From Rhina ancylostomus (lineage: Eukaryota), in assembly GCA_030265395.1 (NCBI GenBank), contig JARFYF010000046.1:13189777-13253776 (forward strand): DNA of 64,000 bases, given 5' to 3'. Shown one piece after another: positions 25,376 through 38,285 of the stretch (the first letter of the stretch is position 1; every line of letters begins with the position of its first letter). Below the pieces are notes generated by a model that was not told where the DNA came from, did no database searches, and saw only the letters and a list, made by a program, of their open reading frames with translations. The translations under genes and the position numbers were made by a program.

Positions 25376-26274
25376 TTCTCAACTTCTCATGTTTTTTTAT
25401 TTTGTTAATGACCCCTGTGTGATGACTAATTATAAGAAGTGTTTAATGTTAAGAATAAAAATGCTATGTGAAACTCACAGCTTAAGAGTAACATGTATTT
25501 GAGTGCAAGACTTAAGGTTTTTCTCTGTCAAAGTGACACGTGACTGTTCTTTGGAGGGGATGCATCCATTCTCAAACATAGTCTGACAAAGAGCTTAAGT
25601 TGTTCTGGGAAGGAATTGCTCAGACGTGTAGTTTACACCCATAGCCACAGGGGGCTCCATGCTCTCATATATTAAAATACAGTCACATGATCTTATGTAC
25701 AATGTTATTGGTAACTGAAGGGATTCCATATTATAATTTATTTAAACACAGAAACCATTCAGTGGGTGCACATATAATAATTCAGGCAGTGGCATTGCTC
25801 CAAGGATTGTGGTTTACCACTGCAATTGACTCCAGTTGAGTGAATAGCCTGTATGTTTCAGAATTCTATCAGATACCTAGAAAATTCTCAGAAGCTCATA
25901 CATTTCCATCATCTGCAGCTGCACTAGTATTTTGCTTTAGGTATAGCAATCATTAATATAAGAAGTGGTGTAAAGGTGAGATGTTGCAGATACGGGTAGG
26001 AAAAAGAAAACACTGAAAATATTTATCTACCTTGTAAGATCATACTCCTAACTCACATCTGATAAAGCATTTTATTGTATTCTATCTGTTAAGATAATTT
26101 ACGAAACTGGAATACATGCTTTTAAACCCTGTAATAAGAATCATTGCAGAAACAAAGGGTCTCTATGTCACCAGATGTGATAATCCTTCAGTTTCACAAG
26201 GTCTTCCTGGACCCAATGCCAAAATAATACTTATGCTGTCTGTGACTTCAGGGCCTAGTATGAATGTAAATGAG

Positions 26275-26372
26275 TTGGCTTGGCTCAATGGTAGCATTCT
26301 CATTGTTGAAACAAGTCATGGGGTCAAGCCCCACTGTAGGGCTGAACCCATGATCTGGGCTGGCACATCAGT
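26275..26372 (+). mobile_element. tRNA-derived head of a SacSINE1-like SINE
   Basis: A-box-like tggctcaatggtagc and B-box-like ggggtcaagcccc. No cloverleaf; continues into SINE body sequence. Confidence 0.5.
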
Positions 26373-27949
26373 GGCCAGCAATTAATCATTGCTGTTCTTC
26401 CCTGTACAATTTCTGCTGCCTTTAATATCTTCCAGTGGTTTACTGGCCACATCTGAATGGAATATTGTTGGTTGGATCTTATTATTAATCAGCGTTAGAT
26501 TTATATCCCTGGATTTGATCATCTGGAAATGCAATCTAACATACCATTTCCCATGTTTATTGAAATCTTACATTGCCAAGACATTTTTAAACATTGGCCT
26601 TTATTGTTTTCCAACATATTCTCTTCAACTTTGTCATTTGATCAGCGACTTTGTTACAGAATCTGATTGCAATTATAGAAGCTGACAGACTGTTCAAAAT
26701 GTATCAGCAGGCACCTGAACTGATTACAAACAGGAATGAGACTGATAAACTACCACATGTTGTTCTAAACTAACTGATTAATTAATTAATTAGTTAATGA
26801 TCAACATTCAAGACTGCTTTCTTGCCAAGTGAAGGTAATCTAGCACACCAAAGCTTGGGCTTTATTTGTCTTTGCATCTTTTTGGTTTGCCAACATTTAA
26901 CATTTTATGAAATGTTTTCACGTATTAATGTACCAGTTTGCAGTATGGTTCAGTTACTTCATTATACTGAGGCCTGTTGACAGAGATTGTATTTACAGTG
27001 AATCACACCTGAGAAGCAGTGAGGTAAATAAATTGTAACAGAACTGGATTAGGGCTGCAGGAATGGTAATGGAGGAGTCAGTCAGCTCAATGTTGAGAGG
27101 AATTGAAAGAAGAAAGTAGGGGTGGAATGTTAATTGGATGGCTGGAAATTATAAGAGGTTTGACTTTTAGGCATTTTTTTGTCTGAACCTGTGGAAAATG
27201 AGGGAAAAGTAAGCTTTTCTTTACCTAGTGTTTCTGAATTTTCATTGAAAGGAACTGATTCATGACCGGGTTCAGTTCCAAAGGTGCCTTGAGCTCTCAG
27301 GTACATAACTCACACTTCTTGTGTTAACCCAGCAAGTAAGGGAACAATGCAATGACAACAAGCCCCAATCTGTTCCCTTTCGTATGTAGACATGCCATTC
27401 AATGACTCAGTGGCAATCAGCAATGGAAACTTCCGCGCTTAGTCCAAACCACTGAGACCAATTATAATTGTGTTACAATAGCTCATCATGTTGGCTGTGA
27501 TAAGCTGTTGTAGCACAGTACAGGCATTAAACTGAGACCTTCTTAATCTGTGAGATGTAATAACACACCAAGAGATGTGGCTACTCCATGTGATGTCGTG
27601 AGAATATTTAATGGTGTGAAACACATTTGCAGATCAGAAATAGTAACAAATTATTTTCTCTTCGTTATACTTCTTATTCCTTTATGACACCATGAAAGAA
27701 ATGTCTCTGAATATCAAATGTAAGAGTGGATTTGCCTCCTGCCGTCTCTCTACAGCCAGCCAGAGAATCCTTTGGGACTGGATTCTAAATCAGTGGAAGC
27801 TTCCCCATTTACCAAGGGTTTGCAAATATGAAGCAGATTGCTGGAAACTTCTGAAGCTAAAAAAAAGTGCTGCCGCAATAGTTTTAAACAGAGAATACTT
27901 TTGGTAGTCAAGCGCATTAGAAATTATGTCTACTAATACTATGGAGCAG

Positions 27950-28110
27950 CCCTCAGGAAAGATCTCCAGGTGCTGGATGCAGCAATGGCAATGCTATCGC
28001 AGGAGGTAAAGGGAAATGTGATATTTTTGGCATTTCAGGATATTCTTTCTGCAAATCAATGGTTCCAATGGCCTCACTCATTCATCCACCATGACATAAA
28101 GTTAGGTAAG
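27950..28110 (+). pseudogene. Relic of a Harbinger-type Myb/SANT-like ORF (N-terminal part)
   Basis: aggaaagatctccaggtgctggatgcagcaatggcaatgctatcgcaggaggt resembles the R-x-PRFSDA-x-LE-x-L-xx-EV start of MSANTD/NAIF1-like domains. Frameshifted. Confidence 0.35.
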
Positions 28111-31100
28111 TTTCAAAATAACAATTTACAGTAAGGCTATTTGCCAGTGCCTTAAACTAAACAGAGGATCAAAGTGCACAGATACCAAAGTGTCTCCTCA
28201 CACCCTGTTACACATTAACTGATGTCCTCCACAGGGGTCTTTCAAAGCTTCCAGCTCTTTGAATGATTTACCACACCTGACTGTACTGCTGGTCACAAGT
28301 TCCAGTTTCAACTTATCTTTGTAACTCTTGATGTGCTTATATCTTGAAAGGATTTCATGATATTCATGTTGCATATTTCATGTTCATATCCTCACAATCA
28401 CCATGGGTTCCAGGAGTGATATTTCATGTGTTTCATCACTACTCATCTGCTGCTGATGCACATGCTGCTCATGCCTCAATTGTTCAAGAACAGGCAGGGT
28501 GCCCTTTATTCTTTTGTAAACCACTACTAATCCAAAAAACATGCTTCCCATTGACACCTCCATGCCAAGCCCTCTTGCCATCCCTTCCAGCTCACTGACC
28601 AACATTACTTTCCACTCTTAGATTTAAAGTTCTAATGTTAAGTTTAAATCCTTCCATGGGCTCAGACAAGGTTTTCATCTCCATTCCTACAGGCATTTCA
28701 ACTTTATATTCTTCCAGCTCAGTTCATTTCTCTCCCAGGTCTGGTCAGTTGTATGTAAATTACACCCCAAACACACTTAATTCCAAACCATTTTGCCTCT
28801 AATCATAATTTAAAAAGTCCACCAGTCTATTGTGGTCTGATCGTGGGTGAGTCTTCCTCAAGTTTCAGATAGAACATCTTTACAAGACAAGAGTTGCAAG
28901 TTATTTTAACAGCTTTCATGGCATTTATACCCTGGGCATATATTTCTCTGACAAGAAACTTGAACTTGCACTTGAAGAGTGGCCAGGGTGATTGCCTTCC
29001 TCACACTTTTTACCTTCTTGCAAGATTGCACCCAAGACTAAAGACCATTTGGGTACGGGGTAAGGAGAGGCAGCATGGTGTATGACTATTCATGCTGGAT
29101 ATAAATCCAGGATGTAAAGCTTATGTTCTGGTCTCCTTTCATCAGGGAGGAAAGTGTGGGCCCTAAACCCAATCCCGCTTGCTCAGAAACAGGGAAAGAT
29201 CCCACGGGATCAATTGTCACTCTACCAGGATGTAAGTACCCGCTGCATCTTCAAGTAATCTTCATGAATCATATGCTAATTTACACTTACAAGAGTTCTC
29301 AAAACCCAAATCTTTCGACACCAACTCTGAGGCAACAGGAGCCAGTTTCTATTGCATAGTTTTAAATTGCAGAATAACAATCCTTTTATCTTGAAAATAT
29401 GTATCCCAGTATTAACAGGATACAACAGGAGCTGTAAGTTAAACCATTGTTTCTTTAAGGCTTTATTTTTTGAATTCGTTGCTTCCCTGTAGATATCCTC
29501 TATTTATTCAACAGATCACAACACATACCCCTGCTGATCGCATTTGAGGATTAATGTTTGGCCTACGGTACATCAGTAAGATTATGATGATATTAATCTG
29601 TGATCACCATCTTTTGGAATACAGTGCATCCCATTGAGTAATGTATTCATTCCACACTGCCATAATATCAAAACAGCCAAGGAAATTAAATAACCTGTTC
29701 AGTAACAGTGGCTCTGAAGCCAACTATTGCTTTCCAGCAATGCAATGTGGTTTGTGGACAAAGTTTAAACATTCAATGTCACCAGGCCCTAAACCACTCC
29801 TACAAGATTTTTGACCTGTGACCCAAATCAGAAAGGAGGTCCTGCCCATTCGTTGTGACTGTTTGTTCTCACATATACAAAGTATACCATTTCTCGACTC
29901 CCACCCCCCTCATTTCCGAAAGACCAAAGACTCTTGCTGTGGTTCATTAGATATTAATACCTCTGAAGTAGCACACTCTCTGCATAAACCAGGACCCCAC
30001 ATGCAGGGGCCCTATTTTAACTGTACAGGTCTACTGCAACACGATCTGTTGATTTTCTGACCTGATGTCAGCATGTAAGTTGATCAGCAATGGTCACTGC
30101 ATAATAAACAGGAACTAGAATCCTGGATCATTACAGACTCTCCCTGTATATCACTGAGAAATTGAATCCAATCATATGCTCAGTACTTTACTATGAAGTG
30201 TATTTGCCTACTTAATAGGGAAGCATTGAGGATAGTAATTTAACAGCAGAGGCATTGCCTGCTGATCTTGTTTCATGTATCTGCAGCCAAACCACTTGTT
30301 AAACAAAACAAAGTAAAGTTGCACAGGAAATGAGGCAAATTGGGAATGCAAAAGTTTTTTTATGTTGATCTCAGTTGTCCTTCCTATCTTCCCTCTTCAG
30401 ATTACATACCCTCATTTAAATTTTCTCTGCACAGATGATAAATCTTTCAGGTTGTAAGCCATTTCAGCATTCATGATGAAACAATAGGGGAGTGTGCAGG
30501 ATACCTTTAGCTCTTTGGCTAATGTCAAAGGTGCTACATTCACTCCAAATGTAATTGGAATAATATTTATAAATTATAATTTCAATTTGCAGTGTAAACT
30601 AAAGCAGTTTAAAAGGTAAAGAGAAAATATAAATGACAACTAAATGGAAATCCTAGATGCCTATTATGAATAAGATGTACATATAGAGAGGAAGCATATA
30701 CTTAACTAACCTACTGTTTAAAACAAATGGTGAGGAAAGCTTGGAATGAAACAAGAGGTCAATAGGGAACCATGACTGCTATGCATGAGGACAAAGATGG
30801 ATCCTAGGTTGAATCTCTTACACTATTTTTTTGGCAAAGATCTGGAATATTTTCCATCCTATTGGTTAAATGACAGGCACTGAGAGAAATAATGATTGGC
30901 ATAAGGAGGATTATGTCTCTTTAGAAATGGCTTTCTAAGTGTAAAATTGCTCCTTGTATTCTTCACAAAATTAAGGGAATGCCTTATCTTGCAGGAAACA
31001 ATAAGGTGTCAGGTATTTCGTTAGCTTCTGCTTTTGTTTCAGTATTTTTCATTAAGTATCAAATGATTTTAATAAATTTTCTTTCTGGATTATTCTAAAG

Positions 31101-33245
31101 AGTAAATCCAATTCCTGATTTTCATTACTTAAGTTCAGAAAGCTGATTATGATTTAATGTCATTAAATGGTCTAATTAATTTTTCCCCTCATGCCTGCAG
31201 TCAGTAAATGTCACAAACACTGTCTTGCTTGCCCTTCCCTGAGTAATGAGCCCAAATCAAACTGCATTGCAAGCCACAGGAAGTAACTGGCAGTTGGTAG
31301 GAAAACCACAACAGGAATTTAAACTCTGAGAGAAACCAAGCATCTTGCAGAAAGATAGAGAAAAAAATTTGTCAATCAACACTCAGATAACACTCATTTT
31401 CATGCAATTCTGTGTGCTGGGTCAGTAAATGTTACATTTTTCCAACAACGGAAATGACCTCTCACTCTCTCCATAAAATGTGCACTTTTGTTTCCAAATT
31501 AAAATTCTCTCTGATCAATTATCTTCTTGTTTTTTTTGTCTGTTTAGATCTGCATGCCTCTTTAAGACAGGAGTGTGAGCCAAACTGCAGATACAGAATA
31601 CAATTGTTGTGGCTGATAATGATGCACCATGATCAGCTGACAAGTAGCAGCAGCAGATACACTTTTGTTTTAATTCCTGCAAACACTTCCAGTGAAACTG
31701 TGACAATGAGCAATTGGAGATGTTCCATGAAGGCAAAGTCCATTATTGACTATGTTTATTCACTGGATTTATTTATCTATTCACACATACATGCATTAAT
31801 TCATGTTTCGTACATAAATGTATGATGATATACACTCCAGAATGACTCCCTATGTGAAACTTTACGCCCACATCCAGTTCTAATTGCTATCAGGGCTGTC
31901 ACAGAAGTTACATACTTGCTAATAAGAACAGCATAGGCAGATGTAATGCAACGTGTGTCTGAATGACCACACGCCTAATCTAGTTTATTCACATCATAAA
32001 TAAAACTGTTACTCTGCTTGTTTACTGCTGCCATTTTGCATTGGGAGAGGTGAGTTATAAGTAGATGTACCCTATGACCAAAATCTCCAGATAAACACAT
32101 TCATTGGTCCATAATCACCAATAACCACCAAGTAACCCTATAAACTTCTTAGATCTTTGCTTTGAAATTGAAATGCTCTCTAAAGTTGTCCCACTTGTAG
32201 GTTATCCAAATGTATCAAAATTTAGGGTGGGGGGCAATTGGTCCTGTGGAGGTCGTGTTTGGGGAGGGTGTTCTTTGCATTCGGCATCCAGGGCCCTTGG
32301 GAAGGGGTGTAAAGGAAAAGGATCAGAGGAAAGGAGGGGTGGTCATGAGGTCANNNNNNNNNNNNNNNNNNNNNNNNNNNNNNNNNNNNNNNTGGGTGTC
32401 CTAGGAGTCAAACTAGTCCTAGGAGTGTCAACAATGGGTGCTCTCAGGGCAAGATGGTCCAAATTCTCTGTCCTCAGTTCAACATAGTCTATGTTCTCCG
32501 TAGATGGGGGGGGGAATGATGTCATGCTGCAAGAGTTTGATGGGGAAATGGCATCAGAGTGGCATGGGTGACTCACGACAGGAAATGATTGGTTGAATCT
32601 TCCAAGTAACACAGAGTGATCATTATCGTGCTTCACTCATGGCAAAAAAACAATTTCCAATTGCATAACACGGAATTAAGAAGTACTATGCCATTGACTT
32701 TTGAGGCACTGGACACTAACTTAGACCAGTTTAATTCTGCAAGTTAAAAATCCTCTACCTTTCTATGTTGACTGGAAGAGCAACAAATGATAATAATCTT
32801 TGGCAGTTAGAGCCACCCGATTCAATATGTGTAAATTTGCAGCTTAAAATCTGCCCAAAACTTGGCAACAACTTGGAGTTTACAAGAGAAGACCAATAAA
32901 GATTAAGGTTTATGCTAATTTAGTAAATTACTGTTCTAAAACTGAACACATTTAAACCATGTTGAGTGGGGGAGTGGTGTTTAAAGCTAACCTGGCAGTA
33001 TTTGGTGCAGATACAGGAAAGCATTTTACTACTCATCCTGAGTTTTTTTAGCGTGAGGGACAAAACAANNNNNNNNNNNNNNNNNNNNNNNNNNNNNNNN
33101 NNNNNNNNNNNNNNNNNNNNNNNNNNNNNNNNNNNNNNNNNNNNNNNNNNNNNNNNNNNNNNNNNNNNNNNNNNNNNNNNNNNNNNNNNNNNNNNNNNNN
33201 NNNNNNNNNNNNNNNNNNNNNNNNNNNNNNNNNNNNNNNNNNNNN

Positions 33246-33338
33246 TGCTGCAAATAAATATGAAGCCACAGAGTCCATTAATAATAGTAATCAAAAACAG
33301 TTTTTCTCTTGCTTTCAAAAATGTCTGTCGTTGTTCCT
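33246..33338 (-). CDS. Candidate transmembrane-encoding exon; donor hidden in an N gap
   Basis: atgcttttgtttcctctgcaag|AG, then EQRQTFLKAREKLFLITIINGLCGFIFICS. The hydrophobic stretch runs into the gap at 33069-33245. Confidence 0.25.
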
Positions 33339-34499
33339 CTTGCAGAGGAAACAAAAGCATAAACTGTGCTTGCGTTGTATGTGGCAAATTGTGGTATGGT
33401 ATATAAAAAAAAGTTTCCAATTACCAGAATAGCTTGCTGTTATTATGCATATTGTTTGTGAAATGTACAGTTTTGATAACATCTGTGAATTCACAGACAT
33501 GGCTCACAGGAAGTCTGCTTCACTGTTCCACATTTTCATCACAATTTATAGAACAGCTTTTCAAGAGTGCATACTGTTTCAGAAGCAAATTAATGTTTTC
33601 AGCCTTTTTATTGAAGTAGATGTTGTCTATTTGCTCCACATCAACTTTGGTATGTGGGCCATTGGTTTCATTGAACATTCATACCTAGGTTTTGCCAGTA
33701 GCTGGTACTCCTATAGATGGCACTGTGATGGTGTTTAGCTGTAACTGGTACCATCCTGCATGATTAAAATTGTCTAGGAAATCTTAGATGCCTGAAATAG
33801 GTGAGGCCTGAAGTGACTCCAGGTTCCAGCTGGTAGCTCTCCATTGTTGTCAGGGCCAAAGATACACAAAGGCCTTTCCTCCACTACCTAAGGCATTGTG
33901 GGGCTGGGAGAGGTCACAGTTGTGGTGATGAGGTAGTTGAAAGAGCAACAGGAGGGGTGGCANNNNNNNNNNGAGCCAAAGTGAGGAAGGATGGGGCATT
34001 GAGGGTCAGAGAGGTCAGGGTAAGGGGGTTGGGGGGGTCGGGTGTTGGACATACAACTGGAGAACGTCAGCAGTCAATGTGGAGGTGGAAGCAAACGCTG
34101 AGCGTAACTCTTAAAGAGAGACATGCCTGTCAGAAGATTAGCACCTCTGATTCCCCAGCAATGGACTCAATAATGCTGGTTCATTTTAACAAACTTAGAT
34201 GGAGCTCACTGCACATGTACAGAGCCTCTTGTGTGTATGCGGAACACATGTACTGGAGACTTGGAACAACATGTGGAATCGACACACAATTTAAAACTAT
34301 TGTAGTACGTGGAAGAAGTTCCAGCCCAATAGTTATTGATTTAATGGGGAGCCTATTGCCCTTTGATTGTGCAATCTAGCCATCAGGTTCCAAGAAAACA
34401 CTGAAAACACTTGCTAGCAATTACTTTATTATTAAATTCGGTGCCTGAATTTTGCTCAAGCTAAGGATTTCTAACATTTTTCAAACTTTTTAATTTAAT

Positions 34500-34765
34500 T
34501 ATCTGGATCTGGGTGTCACCAGGAAAGTCAGCATTTATTACTCATCCCTAATTGCCCTTGAGAGGGTGATGGTGAGCTGCTTTCTGAAATCATTGCAGTC
34601 TTTGTGAAGATGGTATTGCCACAATGCTGTTGGACAGGAGGTTCCAGGATTTTGATTCAGCAACAGTGAAGGGATGGTGAATATATCTGTGCCCAGGTAA
34701 TAGATGACTGGGAGGAAGTTTGCTGGTGGTGAGGTTCCCATCTGCTTGCTGCCCTTGTCCTTCCA
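34500..34765 (-). mobile_element. 3' end of the second LINE family
   Basis: Aligns by eye with 16700-16950 (catccctaattgcc, gatggtgagc, gttccaggat, gttcccat). Confidence 0.75.
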
Positions 34766-37700
34766 TGAACACATTTATCTGTTGTTTCTCTTCTTGCCTT
34801 TCAATAGCTTCATTGTAGAGTTCACACGGAAATCTCAACTTGTTCCAAAGTTTTGGCTCCCGACATAATAATTTTGCCCAGGTCTCTGACCACTGAGAGT
34901 TTGGATTGTGCAGTCTGAGCATGTGCAGAGTTACTTCCCAGGATGCATCATCATCAGTCAGTTAGTCAGTTCTTCTGTAAGAAATCTTTTTTTTCATTTC
35001 TTGCAACAGATTTGTTTAATTAAGTAATTTAAGAAGGACTGATTTTGAAATGTTAAAATAAAGTTTTTTTTTGCCAGCAGTATGGTATGCCCTGTGTGTG
35101 CCTATATGAACAGTTAGAGATGGACATTGTTGGTGTTACTAGTGAAGGGTACACCTCATGAATGAATATAAAGCAGTGAAATTATGCTATTGGATAGTTT
35201 TTATGTTCTGTAAACTTTAAAAAGTATATTTAATAGGCAGAAACTGAAACTGAGTGGGACTGAGGCACGTTATTATCAGACCATGATTCTTTTCATATCA
35301 CACTACTTCAATTATTCACATTAAGTTGGATTTTGAAACCAACTAATTGTCTTCACATTTGTTCTGTTGACTAAATATTTGTGCAGCTGAGACTGAGGTT
35401 GCAATTTCTCGCATCAGAAGAGGATAGTACGGGATAACGGTGAAGTGGCTGAACAGACACGATGGGCCAAATGGCCTACATCTGCTCCTTTGTCTTGTGA
35501 TAATAGAAAGGCAGAAAGATTGGCAGCTTCTATTCTCATCTTAATTGTCTAATTTCATAATGATAAAGATATTGAATTTTGAAAACAAATAAATTCTTGG
35601 AGGGAAATCTCAGGAAAGTAGATTGGGAGGAGAAGAGGTTGAAAATTGGTTGAAGGGAGGTGGTGACTGCTCTTTTGGAACCCATCCTTGTGAACTTTGA
35701 ATGGTAGTGTGGGGGGAATGAAAGGAGGATCATTGGCAAGATGAGAACGGGCTGGTCAGTGGAAGAGAAAGTTATTGGTTTCAACAATATGTCCCCAGAG
35801 GCTGTGCGATGAAGTTTATTATGCAGTATGTCCATAACTATTTGAGTTGTGGATCATTCCACTGCAAATTTCAGTCAGACCTGAGTGCCAGTGTTTTGGT
35901 CATCACTGGTGTATCCCTCTCTCTGTGGTGGCTGTGGTCCAACAGTTGTGGCTTCACTGAGTGTGGAGAAAGTGTGATGGTAGCTGAAAATGGCTGTTGT
36001 GCAGGGTGGGGAAAGATTCAGGCCTCCAGATGACTGGAGAGTTTAGGGACTCAGGGTAATTGGGTTTTGGTTGGGTCAAGTTAGGGAGGAAGATGTGGAG
36101 GATGTGGTTGTTACCAAAGAAATTGTCTGGGGTGCTGAACGAGAGGAGGTCGTTGTGGAGCCTAGCAGAGTGGAATCCCAGCTAACAGCAGTATATCAAA
36201 ATCTATTTGTAACATGCTTGATTCATGAGGAGTGTTCCTGGGATAACAAGCATTAATTTCCTCAATAATGTTCCAAAGACCTGCAGGGGATGTTAGTGCA
36301 TTGTGTTCCAAGGGACAGTTCTCAGAATCACCAGATTTTGATAATGCTACTCCAGGTTTGGAGCTCCTTCTGGGGAATCTCACTCTTCCTCTCCCCTCTT
36401 CTGTGTGGAGTGCTGGGAATGAGACACGCCTATTCTGGACATCAGACAAAAGATCAAGGCTGGTTTGCAACCAGAAGAACCTGGTCAAGTTGCTGGAGCA
36501 GTGGAATTCAATCTAGAAAAGGTCATAATTATACTCTGCTCCAGTAAAAGTTGATTTTCCCGATGTGAAGGGCTGAAAAAAAGCCAAAGCTAGGTGTCAA
36601 TATTTCTGGGCGACAGTCGCTGAAGGGACTACCTTCATAGCGAAAAGTTGTGGAAGTTGAAGGTTTGAGGTGCATGAAACATGGGGATGGTGAGGAATAT
36701 GAAAGGAAGATAGAAAGTTACATCTTCCCTAAAACTTCCACCCCTAAATGCAGTTGGACACTTCTATCCCTTCCTCATCCTTCCATATCATCCACACCTG
36801 CTGAAGAGGAAAGTAGAAACTGACAGAAAAAGAAACAAAATGAAGAGCCGGGGTGATGAATGGAAGATGTGAGTTGGAGATGCAGGAAAAATATCAAACC
36901 CCAACTCATCAGAGACGGAGAATGGTAATCATATTATCTGACCAACTGCATGGCACAGGAGACTAATTAGCAGGACTAGAAACAATGATGCAATGCTTTA
37001 CTTCATGGTTAATTTTGAGATTATGCCAAAGTGGGAAAGCAATGAAAGTTATTATGTCTATTAAACTCTGAACAAGGTGAAGTAGCTAATCTAAATGACC
37101 TTTAGCAATTCCCAGCAAATTAAGGTATTTAACTAACTGCTTAAAGATGGACTTAAACACAGATTTTCACAGAAATTGATGCTTGGCTTTACCTGATGCA
37201 TGTTTTAATAAAACGTGTCGTTTCTTGTCTTGATGCGTCAGGTTATTAAAACATTGGTATAAACATTCGACTCTGATGCTCTTTTAGCAACAATAGATGA
37301 CAATGTTGTGGCTTTTTAAACAAGTCAGGATTTGTTTTGGAATCCATTGCCAGAATCTGCTTTGTTGGTCTGCATTGGCTAGATTCAAAAGCAATTAATA
37401 ACAGGCATGTACCAGTACAAGAGGTAGTGGCTGCAGAGCTTGCACAAAGTCAAGTAGTTACTTTGAAAGAAATCACATAGAATCCTTGGACGAGCACCAA
37501 ATCCGCCGGGATCATTCCCTGCTACTGCTGGATCATTTCTAAATCTAACGGAAGCTTCTTTAGCATTCGGGAGGTGTTGAGGGAGGGAGAGAATATTGTA
37601 CAATTTATTGATGTTGTTATGCTACAAGCATAACAACATAACAAGACTCAGTTCCCTATAATATACTCACAGGTGTCCATAACTCTGGGCCTATTTGGAT

Positions 37701-38149
37701 AAATTCCGAAGTGTAATTGCAATTACCAATCTGAAAAAATATTATAAAAACCCGTGACTCAATTTTTGTGAACAAGTGGAGTCTTGCCAATTGTAAAATG
37801 TGATGTCACAATAGATATGGGCTGAGGAAATGAATTGGGTGTAGGGTTTAATTTAAGATTGTACACCTCAGAGTGTGACTCACGTTATATCTGGAGAAAT
37901 TTACTTTCATTCTTCATTAGAGAGGGAAGAAATCAACATCTTAATAAGATCACAAGGATATTAATGGAGGAACTAATCTGTAGAACTCGAGCCATATTTG
38001 TTTGCTATGGTCAAGAGATTGCTCCATGCCCTAACCAACACCATATTTGAAAGTCAGATGAGGAGTGACAACTGCGTGTCAGAGACTGAGCGAAGGGGAA
38101 TGTTGGATTGTTGAGTTTCCCTGTGTAATGCCAGCCTGAAAGTGATGTT

Positions 38150-38285
38150 AAATAAAAACAGAAAATGCTGGAAGTACACAGCAGGTAGGTCCCTTCACCC
38201 TGAAATGTCTACTCTGTTTCTCTTCTCACAGATGCGGCACAACCTGCTGAGTATTTCCAGCAGTTTCTGTTCTTATTTTAGATTT
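38150..38285. mobile_element. Fold-back pair of Penelope-like termini
   Basis: aaataaaaacagaaaatgctggaagtacacagcaggt is the inverse of acctgctgagtatttccagcagtttctgttcttattt. Confidence 0.7.

Noticed and set aside
26275-26372. Possible tRNA gene
   Set aside because: A/B-box-like motifs only, with no cloverleaf. It is a SINE head.
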